The position numbers and the translations under genes are program-made. DNA of 60,914 bases, taken from Acidobacteriota bacterium. GTDB lineage: Bacteria; Acidobacteriota; Thermoanaerobaculia; Multivoradales; UBA5704. Every line of letters starts with the position of its first letter. Within the stretch, counting starts at the first letter, position 1. This document shows, piece by piece, positions 40,036-48,956 of this stretch. The DNA lies in the NCBI GenBank assembly GCA_040005235.1, contig JBDTZG010000031.1:1-60914 (forward strand). Direction: 5' to 3'. A model generated the notes under the pieces. The model was given only the letters and a program-made list of their open reading frames with translations, did no database searches and was not told the DNA's origin.

Positions 40036-41328
40036 ATGAAGAAATCCGTCCTGGCGGCGAGCGTGCTGCTCGCGGTCACCCTGCTCACCAGTCCCGTGGC
40101 GACCCACGCCGTGATCTGCACGATCGACGACGTGCCCGCGGCGACCCTGTTGTTGCCCTATTTCGAGGTCGACCTCGACAACCCCTGGGGCGTCAACACC
40201 CTGTTCTCGATCAACAACGCCTCGGCCTCCGCGGTGCTCGCCCACGTCGTTCTTTGGTCGGACCTGTCGGTGCCGACGTTCGACTTCAACGTCTACCTGA
40301 CGGGCTACGACATCCAGACGGTGAGTGTCCGCGACATCTTTTCGGGTACGGTGCCGCGTACGGCATCGGACGGCCAGGACCCGCAGGACACGATCAGCCC
40401 GCAGGGGGCATTCTCCCAGGACATCAACTTCGCCAGCTGCACCGGCCAACTGCCGCCGCCGAGCGTGCCGGCCTCGTTCGTCACCCATCTGCGGGCGGCG
40501 CACACGGGCAAGTTCTCGGCGATCCTAAACGGCTGCGCCGGGCGCGACCTGGGCGACAACATCGCCCGCGGCTACATCACGGTCGACACGGTGAACAACT
40601 GCACGCTGCGCTTCCCGGGCGACACGGGTTATTTCGCCTCCGGGGGCTCCGGCGACGCGACGAACCAGAACGTCCTTTGGGGCGACTATTTCTACGTCTG
40701 GGATCTCGCGAACACCGCCCAGGGTGAGACTCTGGTCCACATCGAGGCTTCCGGCACGAATCCGGAAACCTCGACCTCCGGCCAGTACACGTTCTACGGC
40801 CGCTATGTGAACTGGACCGCGGCCGACAACCGCGAGCCTCTGTCGACCAACTTCGCCGCGCGCTATGTCAACGGCGGCGCGTTCGATGGCGGCACGGACT
40901 ACCTGGTCTGGCGCGATTCGAAGGTCGATCAGAACGCATTCAAGTGCGGCACAGTGCCGACCTGGTACCCGCTGTCGCAAGAAGGGATCGTGGTGTTCGA
41001 CGAGGCCGAGACGCCGGAGGTGCAGCAAGTGCCGCCGTTCTCGCCGCCGCCCCCGGGCGACTTCCTGATTCCGTTCCCGGCCGAGGCGCAGCGGACGGCG
41101 ATCGACGGCGATGATTTCCCGGTGTCGTTCGATTTTGGCTGGATCTTCCTGAACCTGAACACCACCGTCGCCTCGGCCGGATCGAATCCGCCCGAAGATC
41201 CGGCGGCGGCTCAAGGATGGGTGACGGTGGTAATGGAAGCTTCCGGCCGCTTCAGCGTCGGGTACGACGCGATCCAGCTCGACGACGCCTGCCGGGCCGC
41301 CCACTTTGCTCCGGGCGGATTGCTCTGA
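40036..41328 (+). CDS. Secreted Cys-containing protein of unknown function, paralog 2
   Basis: GGAGG RBS, signal peptide ending THA-V, long blocks identical to paralog 1. Confidence 0.88.
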   Translation: MKKSVLAASVLLAVTLLTSPVATHAVICTIDDVPAATLLLPYFEVDLDNPWGVNTLFSINNASASAVLAHVVLWSDLSVPTFDFNVYLTGYDIQTVSVRDIFSGTVPRTASDGQDPQDTISPQGAFSQDINFASCTGQLPPPSVPASFVTHLRAAHTGKFSAILNGCAGRDLGDNIARGYITVDTVNNCTLRFPGDTGYFASGGSGDATNQNVLWGDYFYVWDLANTAQGETLVHIEASGTNPETSTSGQYTFYGRYVNWTAADNREPLSTNFAARYVNGGAFDGGTDYLVWRDSKVDQNAFKCGTVPTWYPLSQEGIVVFDEAETPEVQQVPPFSPPPPGDFLIPFPAEAQRTAIDGDDFPVSFDFGWIFLNLNTTVASAGSNPPEDPAAAQGWVTVVMEASGRFSVGYDAIQLDDACRAAHFAPGGLL

Positions 41329-41367
41329 TCGCCGCAGCCGTCGCGGGCTTCTTGGCCCGGTCCCAGT

Positions 41368-41404
41368 AAAAAAGGGCGGCCCCGTTTGCGGGGCCGCCCT
41401 TTTC
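41368..41404. terminator. Bidirectional rho-independent terminator
   Basis: AAAAAAGGGCGGCCCCG-TTTG-CGGGGCCGCCCTTTT between convergent genes. Confidence 0.92.
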
Positions 41405-41443
41405 ACGTCAGGACGCCGACGGAAACTTCGTCGGCGTTCGTCC

Positions 41444-44400
41444 CTACTGGAAGAACCCGGAGACGTCGAGGATGACGTTCGTCGTACCGGACGACTCGTT
41501 GAAGATCGAGATCGACTGCGAGCCGTCGGCCGGCAGCGTCACGACCGCGTTGTTGGTGCGGGTTTGGTTCGCTCCGAAGTTGATCGCGCTGGTGAGCGGT
41601 ACGGCGGCGTCCGACGGATAGATCCGTAGATCTCCGGCGGCCGCCGGCGCCACGACCGTGACGTTCACCGCCAAGGCTTTGGCGGTCGACGGGATTCCGC
41701 AGGCGCCGGCCGCGATGAAAGCGCGGGTCGAAGCGGGGGCGAGGACCGGTCCGCCGAGCGGGCCGGAGGTATTGCGGGTGTCGAGGATTCGGCACGGGGT
41801 GAGAGTGTAGTAGTTGAACGAGTTCGCGGGAGCCGCCGTGCACGAGGCAGGCTGGGCGACGTTTGCGATGTTTACCGAGTCGACGAACCAGCCGGTGCCT
41901 GCGACGCTGTCGTCGTCGCCCTCGCGCCAGCGAATCCGCAGCGTCTGGCCGGCGAACGAGCCGAGGTTGATCGACACCTGGGTGAGAGCGCCGATCGTTC
42001 CGGCGCAGTAGCCGCGCAGGGCGCCGATCGGATTACCGCCGTTGATCGTGCCGTTGAACAGGCCGGCGGTGAAGTTGGCGTCCGGAATGGTCGCCCAGGT
42101 CAGGCCGTCGGTCGAATACTCGACCGTGCCGCCGTCCCAACAGGTGCCCGAGCTGAACTCGAAGTTGAACGTATGGAAGAAGCTCAACGTCGTCGTGGCC
42201 TGCACCTGGAACGCCGGGGAGACCAAGACGCGCTCGCCCGGGCTCGCGAGTCCGGGGGAGAACCAGGAATGGGTGGGAGTCTGCGATTGCGCTGTCGAAA
42301 GCGTCCAGTCGTTGGCGCCTTGGACGGCGGTGTGAGTCCAGCCGGCTAGGTCGAAACCACCCGCCGCCTCGAACGTGTCGACGAGGGCTACGGTGGCGAC
42401 CGGTCCGGTCGGGGTGGCGCTCCGGCGGACGGTGTTCGTGTCCGTATTGCCGTTGCTCGAATCCTTCGCCCGGACGACGTAGTAGTACGGGGTATTGAAG
42501 GTGAGTGGGCTCCCGTCATTGTAGGAGGTGCTCGATACCCCGCTGACGAGCAGGTTGGCGCCGCTCGGGGTGAAGGTCGGGTTGGTCGAGCGGTAGACGT
42601 CGTAGGTGACCGGGCCGGCGCAGACCGCCGAGGCGGCTGCCCAGGAGACGGTGAGGCCGCAGGTGGCCCCCGCGTTGTTGGACACGCCGGTGGCTCCGGA
42701 GAAGTCGGGAGCCGCGACGCAGGGGCCGGTGCCGACCGCCTCGACGCAGGTCGTCTGCGGGGATTCGCAGACGCCGGTCGATTCGGTGCCGGAGATCTTG
42801 TAGGCGTAGGAGATGGTGCCCGAAACGGTGTTGTCCTGATAGGACGAGCCGGTCACGCCGATCGCGAGCGGGGTGAAGCCGTTGTTCGCAGCGCAGGTGC
42901 CGCGCGCCCGGAAGACGTTGAAATTGGTTGCCGCCGGGGCGCCGTTGGTCCAGGAGACCGTGATTTGATTGGGCGCTGTGGCCGCAGCGGTCCCGATCAG
43001 CGGGGAGCCCGGCGCGGTGCAGGGGATCGGCACGGCGCTCGCGCAGTTGCTCGGCGGCGCACCGCATGCCTCGGTGCCGGTCGGGTGGGCGATGATCTGG
43101 TAGTTGTAGTTGAAGGTGTTGGCGACGCCCTGGTCGGTGAGATTGAGCGAGGCGACGTCGTTGGCGATCTTGACGAAGCCGGCGTTGCAGCCCAGCTCGT
43201 TGCGATAGACGTCGTAGACGACGCCGGCACCGGCCGAAGTCCACGACAGGAGCATCGTGTTGTCCGAGGGGACCAGCGAGAGCGTGGGCGAGGTCGGGAT
43301 CGTGCAGGCGGCGAACGTGGTGTTCGATCCCGCATCCGAGGCGCAGGCGATGTTGTGACGGTTGAACGCGGCGAAGATCGCGCCGCCGTGCGGAGTGCCG
43401 TTCGACAGGTTGCCGTCGTCGTCGTCGGCAACCCGGAAGGTCCGGAACAGGGTGCCGGCGGCACAGCCGTCGGAGGTCCAGGTGGTGGGCATTGTGTTGC
43501 AGGTAAAGAAACTGGTGGTGGTCGCCCGGGTCAGGTACCAGAGCCGGTCGGAGATCGACCAGGCGCCGCCGGTGCCGGGACTCGGCAGGTCGCGGTTCGC
43601 GAGGTCCCAAAGTGCCTGCGACGAGATGTACGACTCGCAGTGCCCTTCGCGCTTCTTGGTCAAGGTCGCGTTGGCGATCGCGTTGGCGCCGCAGGGGCCG
43701 ACGTAGTTCGGGTTGTTGGGGTTGGGCTGCGGGCAGGTGGTCTGGGTAAAGTTCGCCGGAGTCGAGGGGGTGTTGGCGGTGTGCTTCGCCCAATCGATGT
43801 CGCGGACCCCGGTGCAGGCGGTGCAGGTGTTGCCGTAACCACCGCAGTTGCCGCCGAGGAAACCCGAGCCGATGCAGGAGAGGTGGGTGGCGAGCGACGC
43901 GGTCCAATCGCCGACCGTCTCGCCGCTACCGTTCTCCGGCGGTGAGCCGGTGCCGTCGTTGCTGTCCAGCCCGTGGCCGTATTCGTGGAGCGAGACGCCC
44001 GGCAGCTCGCCGGTGTTGTTGCAGCCGCCGCCCGACTTGAAGAAGTTGAGCGTCGAGCCGTTCCAATAGGCGTTGCAGGTCTGGTTCAGGTTGACGTTGG
44101 TGGTCAGCTGGGCGGAGAGCCAGGCGACCGACGGGAGCCAGCCGCGGCCGACTTCCTTCACCCGGTTGACCCAATAGAACTGGGTGCGCGACGAGCGGGT
44201 GTTGCCCGCTCCGCCGAAGCCCGGGGTCGAGCAGTCGCTGGCGGCCGAGGTGCTGAAATCGAAGTTGCCCAAGCCGTCGGCGGCGAGTGAGATCGCGCCG
44301 CAGGTGTCGACCGGCCGGACGAACTGGCCGGTCAGGCTCGAGGTGGTCGCGGCGTTGGTAAAGGTGTAGACGCCGGCCGAGTTGGTGAAACCGCCGGTCG

Positions 44401-45388
44401 AAATGTTGGTGAACGGTACCGGCTTGCTGGTTTCGCCGAGCGAGGGCTGGACGAGCACGACGCCCCCCTTGGCCTGGGCATACTCGTTGACGTCGCCGAA
44501 TTCGACGACCTTGCCCGTGAGCGCGTCGATCCGGGCGCGCCAGGTGCCGACCGTCCCTTTCCGCCGGAACGACAGCTCCCAGACCGGCAACAGGCCGTAG
44601 CCGTCGCCGGGCTGGAAGCGCTCGGGGGCCGCGGTGTCGATCTTGGCGCGGGTCATCATCTTGAGCGATGCCGCGCCGACGGGCGCGTCGAGGTCGGAGA
44701 AGCCGCCGATGTAGCTCGCGAGCGCCTGCACGGCCTCGTCCTGCGTCAGGCGCGGGAACGGAACGGCGAGGCCCGGCGGCGGTACGCCTTCGGTGCCGAA
44801 CTGCACCATGTTGCCGTGGTTGATCCGGAACATGACCCGGGCGCCTTCGACCTTCCAGCCGCCGCGATACACGTCGTAGTCGACGTACCAGAGGTAGTCC
44901 GACATCGGGCCGGAGCGACCCTCGGAAAGCTTCAGGTCTTTGGCCTGGATCCCGAGCAACCCTTCAACCTGGGGCAGGAACGAGCGGGCGATGCGGTCCA
45001 TCGTGGCCAGGTCGACCGCGCGGGAGGCGCCGAGAAAGGGCGCGATGTCGGCATCGGAAAGGTTGTTGCCCGCGCCGGGAATCCAGGGCCAGCCGGAGCC
45101 CTCGGCATACTCCAGGTAGCCGCTGCGGCGGTCGACGTAGGCGGTCCAGGTGCCGCCCGCTTCGGTCTCGAAGCGGGACCAGGCGTCGGGAAGGTTCGCC
45201 GCGATGCCGGCGGGGGCCTGGTCGAGCAGGGCGACGGAGGGCGGCGGGCTCAGAGCTTCTCGGACGGTGGCCAGGCGGCCGAGCGGTCCGGGATCGTTCT
45301 TCTGCATTATTTGGGCCGAAGCGGTTGCCGCGAGCAGGGCGGCCAGCGAGGCCGCGAGCCCGGCCATTTTCAAGGTTTTTCGATTCAT
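41444..45388 (-). CDS. Secreted zinc metallopeptidase (M4/M36-like) with propeptide, FN3-like repeats, a jelly-roll domain and a C-terminal LTPCRILDTR domain
   Basis: Signal peptide, CNAYWNG, HEYGH, DDDDGNLSNGTPH, FN3-like YYYVVRA, WDGGTVEYSTDG, GWFVDSV. Confidence 0.85.
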   Translation of the reverse strand: MNRKTLKMAGLAASLAALLAATASAQIMQKNDPGPLGRLATVREALSPPPSVALLDQAPAGIAANLPDAWSRFETEAGGTWTAYVDRRSGYLEYAEGSGWPWIPGAGNNLSDADIAPFLGASRAVDLATMDRIARSFLPQVEGLLGIQAKDLKLSEGRSGPMSDYLWYVDYDVYRGGWKVEGARVMFRINHGNMVQFGTEGVPPPGLAVPFPRLTQDEAVQALASYIGGFSDLDAPVGAASLKMMTRAKIDTAAPERFQPGDGYGLLPVWELSFRRKGTVGTWRARIDALTGKVVEFGDVNEYAQAKGGVVLVQPSLGETSKPVPFTNISTGGFTNSAGVYTFTNAATTSSLTGQFVRPVDTCGAISLAADGLGNFDFSTSAASDCSTPGFGGAGNTRSSRTQFYWVNRVKEVGRGWLPSVAWLSAQLTTNVNLNQTCNAYWNGSTLNFFKSGGGCNNTGELPGVSLHEYGHGLDSNDGTGSPPENGSGETVGDWTASLATHLSCIGSGFLGGNCGGYGNTCTACTGVRDIDWAKHTANTPSTPANFTQTTCPQPNPNNPNYVGPCGANAIANATLTKKREGHCESYISSQALWDLANRDLPSPGTGGAWSISDRLWYLTRATTTSFFTCNTMPTTWTSDGCAAGTLFRTFRVADDDDGNLSNGTPHGGAIFAAFNRHNIACASDAGSNTTFAACTIPTSPTLSLVPSDNTMLLSWTSAGAGVVYDVYRNELGCNAGFVKIANDVASLNLTDQGVANTFNYNYQIIAHPTGTEACGAPPSNCASAVPIPCTAPGSPLIGTAAATAPNQITVSWTNGAPAATNFNVFRARGTCAANNGFTPLAIGVTGSSYQDNTVSGTISYAYKISGTESTGVCESPQTTCVEAVGTGPCVAAPDFSGATGVSNNAGATCGLTVSWAAASAVCAGPVTYDVYRSTNPTFTPSGANLLVSGVSSTSYNDGSPLTFNTPYYYVVRAKDSSNGNTDTNTVRRSATPTGPVATVALVDTFEAAGGFDLAGWTHTAVQGANDWTLSTAQSQTPTHSWFSPGLASPGERVLVSPAFQVQATTTLSFFHTFNFEFSSGTCWDGGTVEYSTDGLTWATIPDANFTAGLFNGTINGGNPIGALRGYCAGTIGALTQVSINLGSFAGQTLRIRWREGDDDSVAGTGWFVDSVNIANVAQPASCTAAPANSFNYYTLTPCRILDTRNTSGPLGGPVLAPASTRAFIAAGACGIPSTAKALAVNVTVVAPAAAGDLRIYPSDAAVPLTSAINFGANQTRTNNAVVTLPADGSQSISIFNESSGTTNVILDVSGFFQ

Positions 45389-45533
45389 GAACTTCCCCTA
45401 TCGGTGAGGATCGAATATGCCTGGTGCGCTTCTAACAGGCCGGTGGTAGCCGAGTCAACCTCCGGACCGGATTTTTACATCGTCGCGGGCGGACGAAACC
45501 GCGAAGTCGGCGTCCTATGCCTGTGTTACCGCT

Positions 45534-45560
45534 GAGGCGTTGTTGATCGAGAACAGGGTG
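45534..45560 (-). repeat. 27-bp exact inverted copy of 40197-40223 (fragment of the secreted paralog genes)
   Basis: The reverse complement is CACCCTGTTCTCGATCAACAACGCCTC. Degenerate similarity continues to about 45580. Confidence 0.85.
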
Positions 45561-45620
45561 CCGTTCGGGTAAGGTCGACCAAAATCGGCGGCTAAAGTCC
45601 CAGATTCATCGAGTGCCGGT

Positions 45621-45654
45621 AACGGGCCGGGGGCAACCCCCGGCCCCGTTTTTT
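45621..45654. terminator. Rho-independent terminator-like hairpin at the 3' end of imuB (T tract on + strand)
   Basis: AACGGGCCGGGG-GCAA-CCCCCGGCCCCGTTTTTT. Confidence 0.8.
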
Positions 45655-47269
45655 AGTCATAAATCCCATCGGCGAACCAGTCGCCGGTCGTCCGGTCGCG
45701 AAACAGCCGGTAGACGCTGCCGCCGAACAACTCGACGTCCCAGTATTCCCGGTCGGCCGGATCGTCGGTCCACCAGCCTTCCTCCAGTGCCCACGGCCCA
45801 GCGGCGACCCGCACGCCGCCGCGAATCTCCATGCGGCGGGTGGCGTCCTCGCCGCCGGCGACCACCGGGCGCACCTCGATCGGCCGCGCGGTGATCGAAA
45901 TCGCCGGACTCGCTGCTGCCTCGGGGGCCGGTCCCTCGGTAATCACTTCGATCGGCAACGGCGGGCGGAGCGCCCGGACGCCGAGCAGCCCGCGGCCCTG
46001 GCGCGCCGCCGCGCGGTCCATGACCAGCGGCGGCGGGGGAGGGGCGAACGCGACCAGAGCGGCGCGCTCCGGCCGGTGGCCGTCGATCGGGCGCGGCGAG
46101 CCGACCCGCTCCGGGCCGAGCAGCGCGAACAGGCGGGCGAGCGTCGCTGCCAGGCGATCGGGCGACAGGGCGGCGGGACCGAGCAGCGAGAGCTGCGCTT
46201 CGCGCGGACGGTCGGGGTGGGCGCGGAAGAGGAAGCCGATCACCGGCGCGCCGGGCGGGTTCGCTTCGAGGTCGAGGCGGATCAGCGACAGGAGCGTTTT
46301 GACGTCGCGGCTGGGCGCCGGCAGCTCGATCGAGCGACGTAGATTTCCCTCCGGTTCGAGGGTCAGGTCGAGCTCCAGCCGCAGGCAGGCGAGCCCCGCG
46401 TTCTCCAGCCGTTTGGTAAGACGTTCGAGCGCCGCCCGGCCGATGAAGAGAAACGGCTCGATCGTCGCGAGCGGCCATTCGAGGCTCATCCCCTCTTCGA
46501 AAGAGGGGGGCGGCTCGCGGGGGACCAGCGGTCGCGGATCGAGCCCGCGCGCCACCGTGTGCAGGTCGCTCCCCGAACGGCCGAGACGGCTCGCCACCTC
46601 CGCGGGCGGAAGCCGGGCGAAGTCGCCGATCGAGCGAACGCCCCAACGTTCAAGCGTCGAGGAGAGATCGACCTCCGGCGCAAGGCGCGCGAGCGGCAGC
46701 GGCGCCAAGAACGCCGCCTCCTCGCCCGCCGGGACGATCACCGGCGAACCGGGCAGTCCCGCGGCGACGCGGGCGGCGAGCTTGCTCGACGCGATGCCCA
46801 CCCGAGCGGGAAGCCCCGCGGCGTCGGCGGCGGCGGCAAGGTCGCGTCCGAGCGCGCGCTCCAATCCGCCGGGCTCGGCCGCCGCATCGCGCAGCGAAGC
46901 GGTCTGCGGCAAGCCGTCGAGATCGATGAAGATCGTCCCGTCGCCCGCGCTCTCCACCCGGGGGGAGAAGGCATCGGCGACCTCGATCAACGCCTCTTCC
47001 GCCGCACGTTCCGAGATCGCATCGCGCGGTCGCACCGCGAGCTTGGGGCAGAGCGCGCGCGCCTGGGGGAGCGAAAGCCCCGGGCGCACGCCGGCCGCGC
47101 GCGCGGCGCGGGTGGCGGCGACGATGCGGGCGGCCTGGCCGTTGCCTTCGAGGATCGCGAGCGCCTCGCGGATCAGCTCGGGCTCGCTGCGCAACCGGGC
47201 GGCGAGCGGAAAGAGCGGCACGGTGAGGCACGCAAGGCGGCTGCGGCCGGTCTCTACCTTTCGGCTCAT
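45653..47269 (-). CDS. imuB: ImuB-like Y-family DNA polymerase homolog
   Basis: GVRPGLSLPQARAL, FSPRVE, FLAPLPL, GPW.LEEGWW..DREYWDVEL, YRLFRD..WF.DGIYD. ATGA overlap with imuA. Confidence 0.9.
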   Translation of the reverse strand: MSRKVETGRSRLACLTVPLFPLAARLRSEPELIREALAILEGNGQAARIVAATRAARAAGVRPGLSLPQARALCPKLAVRPRDAISERAAEEALIEVADAFSPRVESAGDGTIFIDLDGLPQTASLRDAAAEPGGLERALGRDLAAAADAAGLPARVGIASSKLAARVAAGLPGSPVIVPAGEEAAFLAPLPLARLAPEVDLSSTLERWGVRSIGDFARLPPAEVASRLGRSGSDLHTVARGLDPRPLVPREPPPSFEEGMSLEWPLATIEPFLFIGRAALERLTKRLENAGLACLRLELDLTLEPEGNLRRSIELPAPSRDVKTLLSLIRLDLEANPPGAPVIGFLFRAHPDRPREAQLSLLGPAALSPDRLAATLARLFALLGPERVGSPRPIDGHRPERAALVAFAPPPPPLVMDRAAARQGRGLLGVRALRPPLPIEVITEGPAPEAAASPAISITARPIEVRPVVAGGEDATRRMEIRGGVRVAAGPWALEEGWWTDDPADREYWDVELFGGSVYRLFRDRTTGDWFADGIYD

Positions 47270-48102
47270 GCCGAAGCCGCGAGCCGGGGGCGCTCGAAGA
47301 GGCGTACCGGCCGTACTTCCGGCGCCGGGGGAGTCAGGCACTCGGCGCTCCGCCATGAGGTTTCGGCGCTCTGCCCCGCCGAACCGCCGCGCCGCTTTTC
47401 CAGCACCAACCGGCCGCCGAGCCCGGCGAGCAGGACGGGGGAGGCGCCGGAGCGCAGCCAGCGCGCATTGCCCCGGTCGAGCTCGACGACTGCGGCCGCC
47501 GCGGTGCCGCTCGCCCGGTAAGGGGCGGAGACCAAGAGCGCCGCGCCGCGCGCCGCCGCCGCGCGCGTCAGGCGGAGCCAGCCAGCCTCGATGCCGCGCC
47601 CTCCGCGCAGGGGCGGCAGGCCGAGATCGACCACCGCGAGCGGGAAGCCCGCGCCGAGCAGCATCTCGGCCGCCGCGAGCGCCTGCTCGATGGTGCGCGG
47701 GCGCACCCAGAGCAGACGCGAAAGGTCGGCGCCCGCCGCCTCGGCGCGCGCCGGGTCGAGATGGTCGCCGAGGTCGATCAGCGCCGCCGCCTCGCCCGCG
47801 CGGGTCGTGGCGGCGAGGACTTCGAGCACCAGAGAGAAGCGCCCGCTCGACCGGCCGCCGACGACCTCCACCAGCTCGCCGCGCGGTAGCCCGCCGTCGA
47901 GCAGACGATCGAGGACCGGCAGCCCCGTCGGCAGCAGCTCGCGTTCCGCCTTGCCCAGCAACTGGCGGGCGCTCTGCATCCGATCCCGCAGATCCTGGGG
48001 GAGGGCGCGGGGTCCCAGCGGCGCGCGGGAGCCAACGTTTGCCGGGATCTCAGGGACCTCGTCGGGCATGTCGAGATAGGCGGTGCGGACGGCGTGAAGC
48101 AT
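47266..48102 (-). CDS. imuA: ImuA/RecA-like protein
   Basis: TGLPVLDRLLDGGLPRGELVEVVG..SSGR, LID..D.LDP, GADLSRLLWVRP. Start 48102 or 48069. Confidence 0.87.
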   Translation of the reverse strand: MLHAVRTAYLDMPDEVPEIPANVGSRAPLGPRALPQDLRDRMQSARQLLGKAERELLPTGLPVLDRLLDGGLPRGELVEVVGGRSSGRFSLVLEVLAATTRAGEAAALIDLGDHLDPARAEAAGADLSRLLWVRPRTIEQALAAAEMLLGAGFPLAVVDLGLPPLRGGRGIEAGWLRLTRAAAARGAALLVSAPYRASGTAAAAVVELDRGNARWLRSGASPVLLAGLGGRLVLEKRRGGSAGQSAETSWRSAECLTPPAPEVRPVRLFERPRLAASA

Positions 48103-48108
48103 GGAGCG

Positions 48109-48146
48109 AGAGTAGGCGCAAGATAGGCGTAAGTCAATCGTAAGTC
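48109..48146 (-). promoter_or_regulatory. sigma70 promoter of imuAB (TTGACT-17-TACTCT) overlapped by three CTTRC direct repeats at 11-bp spacing
   Basis: -35 at 48132-48137, -10 at 48109-48114; repeats at 48118, 48129 and 48140. Confidence 0.7.
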
Positions 48147-48276
48147 TTTCATCTTTAATGACTTCCACGGGAGACCAGATGGTGCGCGGAGCGTAAAAGC
48201 AATCGGCTTGCGGGTCTTGGTGCTCGATCGAGAGAACCGGAAGAAAGCCGTGCCGAGAGATACAATCGATCCCACG

Positions 48277-48915
48277 ATGAGCCTCGCCGACCTCCGCCGC
48301 GAATACACCGCCTCCGGCCTCACCGAAGCCGACGCCGGAGACGACCCGCGCGACCTGTTCCGCCGTTGGTTTGCCCAGGCGCTCGAAGTCGACCCGCAAG
48401 ATGCCAACGCCATGACGCTCGCGACCGCCGACGAAGCGGGCCGGCCATCGGCGCGGATCGTCCTGCTCAAAGGGTGCGACGAGCGGGGGCTCACCTTCTT
48501 CACCAACTACGACAGCCGGAAGGGGCGGGAGCTGGGGCAAAACCCCTACGCCGCGCTCGCCTTCTTCTGGCCCGCGCTCGACCGCCAGGTGCGGATCGAG
48601 GGCCGCGTCGGGCGGACCTCGCGCGAGGCGTCGGAGGAGTATTTCCGCAGCCGCCCGCGCGGCTCGCGCCTCGGCGCCTGGGCCTCGGCGCAATCGCGCA
48701 CGATCGGCGGCCGGGAAGAGCTGGAGCGGGCGGTCGCCGCGCTCGAAGCACGCTTCCCCGGCGAAGAGATCCCCTGTCCGCAGTTCTGGGGCGGATTCCG
48801 CCTGGTTCCGGACACCTGGGAGCTCTGGCAAGGCCGCCCGAGCCGGCTCCACGATCGGCTCCGCTACACCAAGGACTCCGCCGGGGGATGGGTGCGCGAG
48901 AGGCTCTCGCCGTAA
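48277..48915 (+). CDS. pdxH: Pyridoxamine 5'-phosphate oxidase
   Basis: [45 protein letters not shown]. Confidence 0.96.
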   Translation: MSLADLRREYTASGLTEADAGDDPRDLFRRWFAQALEVDPQDANAMTLATADEAGRPSARIVLLKGCDERGLTFFTNYDSRKGRELGQNPYAALAFFWPALDRQVRIEGRVGRTSREASEEYFRSRPRGSRLGAWASAQSRTIGGREELERAVAALEARFPGEEIPCPQFWGGFRLVPDTWELWQGRPSRLHDRLRYTKDSAGGWVRERLSP

Positions 48916-48956
48916 GCGGTCTCGGCACCTAAAAGCAAACACAGAGAGGCAGCCGG

